A DNA stretch of 53,878 nt from Lama guanicoe (taxonomy: Eukaryota), in contig MU056050.1 in NCBI GenBank assembly GCA_013239625.1, positions 6,527,715 through 6,581,592 on the forward strand, written 5' to 3'. Positions 48,608 through 53,878 of the stretch are shown piece by piece. The notes beneath the pieces are model-generated. The model was not told the origin of the DNA. It did not search any database and was given only the letters and a program-made list of their open reading frames with translations. Position 1 is the first letter of the stretch. Each line of letters opens with the position of its first letter. A program made the position numbers and the translations under genes.

Positions 48608-49500
48608 CAATGGTTCTCAACACTATCAGTCCCAACCCTCCCTTGGTATATATGACATTTTGTAATGTACCCTTTGCCACCCTGGAATGAATTTCATAAT
48701 TAATATAATCTGCTTATATGCATAGTTACCAAAATAGCAATATAATACACTAAGTACAGTGTAAAGGAGAAATATAAGGAAAGTAGTTTATAATAAGGTA
48801 ATATGCATTTCAGTAAGCAAATATCTGTGCAAGACTATACTAAAAGATCCAACAGTCAGATGCTTCCACTAACATATGTGGATTCACTGTGAATGCAACT
48901 GCTACAAAGGAAGACTGATACAGGTACAGTGTATTGGCCACTTAAAAATCCATTAATGGCTTTGCTGGTGATGACATGATTTTCAAAAGTCACAACTCTT
49001 GGTAAAGTTCTGAACAAAATAAAGTACCATCTTCTCTCAATTTACATAATTGTTGCATTACTGGAAATTCAGTGTATATATTAAAACTGCAAAAACATGT
49101 TTTGTGTTTATTTGTATAATAACTAGGGCCAGCTAATTATACTAGGTTTTTCCACCTACATGTTCTATAGGGCATTTAATGGTTTACAGAAGCAGATTTC
49201 TAGTTCTCATTCCCTTTTCACATTTATCCAAAACAAGAACTCCACAATGACTGTCTTTTTTGTGTGTGTTGGGCTTGCATCCTTTAAAACTAATGATGTT
49301 ACAGTTTTAGCCTTTGAAACTATTTCTAAAACCTATTGCCTAAGAACAGCAAGCAGTTCCTAGAATGTATTATCAAAACTGACACAAAGGCTTCTTCAAT
49401 TATTGGAAACACTGGTCTTCTTTAGTAGTACCAAGGCACAAGAGCAAATTATCATTAAAAAAAAAACATTTACTGTGATCCCTTGGTGATTTTCCTTAGC
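48608..49500. mobile_element. Probable hAT-Charlie DNA transposon relic
   Basis: Begins caatggttctcaa (Charlie-type TIR) followed by AT-rich, ORF-poor sequence; right boundary uncertain. Confidence 0.4.
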
Positions 49501-49824
49501 CCAGCCCTAGCCTCAGGGGTATAAAATGAACTGAGCTGGAAGAAATGGACTAACAGGACCAGTTCATGGGGAGAGGGAGGGGGGCTAGGTTGCTAGGTTA
49601 CCACTTGAGCCAATCCAAGTGGTTCCAGAGGGGTACCAGACACAGTATAGGTCCCTCTCACTGCCCTGCTAGGCTGAGGGCCCTCTCAAAGGAAGGGGGT
49701 CAAAAGGTTGGGGAGGGGTCCAGTCACTCACACTACGCACAAGTAAATAAATGAGGCAGAAGCACAAAGAAACAGACATCCCTGTATTTCTAGAACCATT
49801 CAAGTCTCCAGGAATTGGCTGCTC

Positions 49825-52800
49825 TCCCCGAAAAGAAGGATCTTTTTATTATGAAACACCAGAGAGTGAAAAACCCACCACACATACACATCTGTAGGCT
49901 CACACAAAAGTGCAGAGATTTATATTTTAAACTGCATTTAAGGTAGAAAATAGATTTAAAAACAAAATGCTTCTTTTTCCTCCAACAAGGTAAAGAAATT
50001 TGGTCAGTAGGAAAAGGGGCCTTAGGAGTAAAGGCAGGAAGGTCAGAGCGGGAAGAAGGGAATTTAGCTGCTATAGAATTAAAGTCACCACTGGCACTGG
50101 GGGAAAAAGCAAAGGGGGAGATGATTTTCCCCACTAGGGCAAGGGGAGTCCCAGGGCCAAAATGGAGATGGAAAAAAGGCCCCAAAGAGCTAAATTCCAC
50201 CAACTTCCAGGGGTTTTGGATCCGTGCCAACCATCCTGGGTGCATAGGAAACTTAAGGAATGGGGAGGAAGGGGAGAGGTGGAAAGAATGTCAGCCATTG
50301 AAGAGTCCAGAAAGGACTAATTCCTCAACCTCCCCTCTGATCAGAACTCAGACTAGGAACAGTGCCGGCTGGTACACAGTATGAATGGGACAGCTCTTTA
50401 AGCCAAGGTCTTAAATGCAGAAGACATAAAGAAGAACGAGGGCAGGGAGCAGTAAAAGGAAGAAGCTTTAAAAAAAATCATTTCACACTAGTGATAAGGA
50501 GTTTCCATTCTGACCCTTCACCTCAGAAAAAGAAAGCTTCTCTAACTGACCCAAGGGTCAACAGAAGAGTGGTTGAGGTGAGTTGAAGGAGGAGAGAGAA
50601 GATGGGCTGAGGCAGGATGGGCTGAGAACTGACTCAAAAGGGGTTCAGCTGAGTGGCAGATTAACTGGCAAAATCTAATATCTTCCCAACTCTCCAGGTT
50701 CAGCCTTATTTTGAACTAATTAAAATCTAACTACAAGGACAAAACAGAGTGAGAAAAAGAATGGGAAAGCAGAGGCAGATAGGAAAGGAATCTGAGTCAG
50801 AGTCTCAGTCTCTCTCTCCCTCTCTTTCTAAGGATTGCTAAACTTGATTCCTGTTACAAGGAAAATAGGAAGACACAGAGAAAAATCCGGGAGTGGTGAA
50901 ATTTCATTACTTCCAATTAACTGGGAAGAGTGAGACAGAAATTGGTAAGGAGTCTTGATTGTAGACCATTTAAAAAGAAATATACAGCATCACTTGTAAA
51001 AGAACACTAACAAAATATTTCCAAGGGGAGGCCCCAGTGAGCCTATTTTAATAACCAAGGCTCATTTGCAATTAACAGCATCCATCTGCATAAAAACAAT
51101 ATCCTAACAAAGAACTTGTTCTCTTAAATTAATATAAATCCCGACCCTCCCAATCTTGCTAACACTGTATATGGCCTTAAAAGCCCTTTCTTCATAGTCC
51201 AGAATAAGGTAAACCTCAACCCAGAATGTAGTACAGATCAATGAAGGGTTTGGAAGCTCTCTCTCCAACCCAAGGGTCCCCTGGAAAATGGAAGTATGGG
51301 GAGTAACAAGCCATCCCTTCTAACCCCACCCCACCACACACCCCCACAAAGATACTCACACCCCCCATTGTGGTTCTTGAAATGGAAGGGGGAAGGAGGA
51401 GGCAGGCAGTTTGCATTAGACACAGTTTAATCACCTTCAAATAGATTAAAAGTTCTGGTTTACACTGCCCCCCTCCCCATAAGTCATCCAGACAGGACCC
51501 TGGCTTAGAAAGAGAAAAACACAGGTGCTCTAGGAAATATAGCCACATATAATACATAAATCTTCTTCCCTGAAATAGAGCAGGTCCTGAGCAGAGCTGA
51601 CTGGGGGCCACAGCCCACCCCCAGGGTGAAGTGGCTCTGGGACTCTGCCGGTGGAAGTGCTGGAAGAGCGGGGCTCGGAGGGCGCCCCCGGTGTGGTTAC
51701 CAGGCCCGAGGCGGGCCAAGGCCTTGGACTGGGTTCCCCGGGAGGGCAGCGGTGCTGGGCTCCCTCCTCACTCAGCTGAGGCCAAATGGAAGTACTAGTT
51801 ATCCTTTTTTTTTTCTTTTTTTTTCTTTTTTGAGGGGACACGAGGGAGAGGAGAGGAGAGCCTCTCTGTGCCTTGGTTTCCCCATTTGTGCATACAGGGC
51901 CTCCACAGGCCTCACACAGGGAGTCTGAGGGGGTAGTGTTGAAGTGAGCACTGAGGCTTCCTCTGAGGAAAAGGAATCGCCAAAGTGCAGACTTTTATTA
52001 CTGCCGTCCCTGCTCCTCATGGGAGCAGGAGTCAAAAGGACAAGAAATTAAAAGGGGCTAATGAGAGAGGAGGAGAGATGAGACAGAGAGTGTGAGGGGC
52101 CACGCCACTGGCGCCTCATAACTTCTTATTGAGAATGGTACAGGTATGGAAAAGTTCCTGGGTAGTCTACGAGAAATGTAAATTGTTATCTATAATGCAA
52201 CTACTTACATGTATTTCATTGGAAAGAGTGGGGCCCTTGGGTGTTAGAGAGTGGATGGGGGACAAAGGAGAAGCTACACGAATAAATACAACAAGTGGAA
52301 GCTACCTGCCCCATTCCTGAAAGGATTTGTTGGCAATGTTGGCACTTTGTAGCCAGGAGAATCCTTCAACCCCACTCTCCAACTTCCTCCATTCCGAAGG
52401 CCTCAAGAATCCAGTTAGAATTCCCTGGCCAAAGTTCTCTGTGACTGCCTCTGGACTCACGACATGCAGCAGCTTGAGAGGATTTGAGCCAGTCTCAAGA
52501 ACCTTTAAGCCCAGAACTGGACCAGTGACTCCAAGCAGGAGAGCTGGGATCTGGAGGGAAGAGAAGGGAGTCCAAGGAGACTCCATTGTGGCTGAGGCCA
52601 TGGAAAACCAGAGCCAGTGCCCAAGGGACTCATTTGTCCAGTTACCAGAGGTGACTGACATCTTCTGCGATTGCTTGGAGTCAGTCCAGAAATTAAAAAA
52701 AGCTTGCAACAAGAAAATGCCAGTTTGCAACTGGGTGAATAAAGACCAAAGAAAAACAGTAATAGGGACAGCTTACTTGCTCTCTGTCTCAGGTTTATCT

Positions 52801-52861
52801 TCTCCCCTTAAATCTCTCACAGCCCTAATCAAACACAACAAAAGTCTCTTCCATAGATAGG
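49825..52861 (-). other. ZDHHC9: ZDHHC9 3' UTR (about 3 kb; distal end approximate)
   Basis: Largely transposon-free sequence after the stop, ending near a minus-strand AATAAA. Confidence 0.65.
49845..49850 (-). terminator. ZDHHC9: Likely distal ZDHHC9 polyadenylation signal
   Basis: TTTATT on + = AATAAA on -; downstream minus-strand sequence is GT/T-rich (gatgtctgtttctttgtg). Confidence 0.65.
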
Positions 52862-52978
52862 CTACTTCTCAGCTTCAGTCCCCTCCTGCGGGGGCTCCGG
52901 GGGCTCTGGAGGGGGCATCTCTTCGGGAGTGCTGGTGTCCTCCGGCATCTCACTTGAGCTCAGATGGTCTGTTGGGAC
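52862..52978 (-). CDS. ZDHHC9: ZDHHC9 (palmitoyltransferase) last coding exon
   Basis: Minus-strand acceptor tcttttccttctcag|[41 protein letters not shown] matches the recalled ZDHHC9 C-terminus; synteny with SASH3. Confidence 0.92.
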   Translation of the reverse strand, partial: VPTDHLSSSEMPEDTSTPEEMPPPEPPEPPQEGTEAEK

Positions 52979-53676
52979 CTGAGAAGGAAAAGATACCAAA
53001 TTCAATACAAGGCTCTCCCTCAAAAGCCAAATGGAGAAAATCCATAGGCACTGAACTCTTTGTCTGAATCCATCAACCACACTGATGCTACAGATAACAC
53101 AGCCACTGACACCAAATTCAGAACGAAGACTCAACTACTGTCTTCTCAGCAAAATGCAATTGAAGTTTATTTGAGTTCTATTCTTAACTGTATATCCTGG
53201 ACAGATTTTCCATTCTTATTCATGATAATAATAAAAGGGACTACACATAATTACACAGACCACATTTCCTCTTTCACATCAGAATGTTATAGCATACTTG
53301 TCTAACAAGGCCTGACACAGTGGTTCTCAATTTTCTTTCTGCCCTAACATATCACTAGACTCACTAGAATCACTAGAAACAGTGATTCTAACCAAAGAGG
53401 CTAGGGTGGCAAAATCTTGAGATGGTATATCTGGTTTGAAAATGCCTCCTGAGTGATTCTAAAATACTACCCTTCCCCACATTCAACTGAGCATCATTAA
53501 CCTATATTGTTATGATTTAAGATCAGAGCCATCAGAAAAATAATATTCAAAGTGGTAATAATGATATATAAACATGAGTTTGCTATACTCCAAAAAAGAA
53601 CATTCAAAACTTAAGAAAGACAAAGTAATGAACAATTATCTACCTTACAAATAACAGTCACTTAAAAGTAGGATTC

Positions 53677-53878
53677 GGGAAGAGGCAAGATGGCGGAGTA
53701 GAAGGACGTTTGTAAGTCACCCTCTCCCACAAATACACCAAGACCCACATCTACAGACCCACTCAGCCAACCAGAGCACCTGCGGAACTCCGACAGATCA
53801 TCGCCCTCTTCAAAAGATAAAGACGCCAAAAATCTGGTAGGAGAAAACGAAAAAAGAAAGAACAAAAGGCAAAGCAGC
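53677..53878 (+). mobile_element. 5' end (5' UTR/promoter) of a LINE-1, running off the window
   Basis: GGGAAGAGGCAAGATGGCGGAGTAG: purine-rich start with YY1 motif CAAGATGGCG (53686-53695), preserved CpGs, preceded by TT/AAAA endonuclease site at 53662-53667. Confidence 0.82.

Noticed and set aside
52302..52860. 177-aa (+) and 142-aa (-) ORFs near ZDHHC9
   Set aside because: They lie in the ZDHHC9 3' UTR with no recognisable similarity; consistent with chance.
53662..53865. Antisense ORF in the L1 5' UTR as an ORF0 analogue
   Set aside because: Non-ATG start, short, and cut by the window edge; ORF0 is described for primate L1 and nothing here supports homology.

Overview
Mammalian genomic DNA with the gene order known from the X chromosome (human Xq26.1). 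It contains the last 17 coding exons of XPNPEP2 (membrane aminopeptidase P2, + strand, 92-18858), the complete 8-exon SASH3/SLY1 gene (+ strand, CDS 28577-41109, 380 aa) and the last coding exon plus about 3 kb of 3' UTR of ZDHHC9 (- strand). All exons read in frame with GT-AG junctions. Introns and intergenic DNA carry MIR, L1, hAT DNA-transposon and LTR relics. I saw no Alu or other recognisable lineage-specific SINE; the young L1 3' ends resemble camelid-type L1 from memory, so a camelid origin is a tentative inference. I found no evidence for a new biological system. The best leads are an intact-looking L1 5' end in the last ZDHHC9 intron, an orphan CpG island and a degenerate ~15-bp repeat upstream of SASH3, an overlapping uORF at the SASH3 start, cryptic splice donors in XPNPEP2, and a nested L1/MIR insertion stack. 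Exon numbers and human residue comparisons are recalled, not searched.
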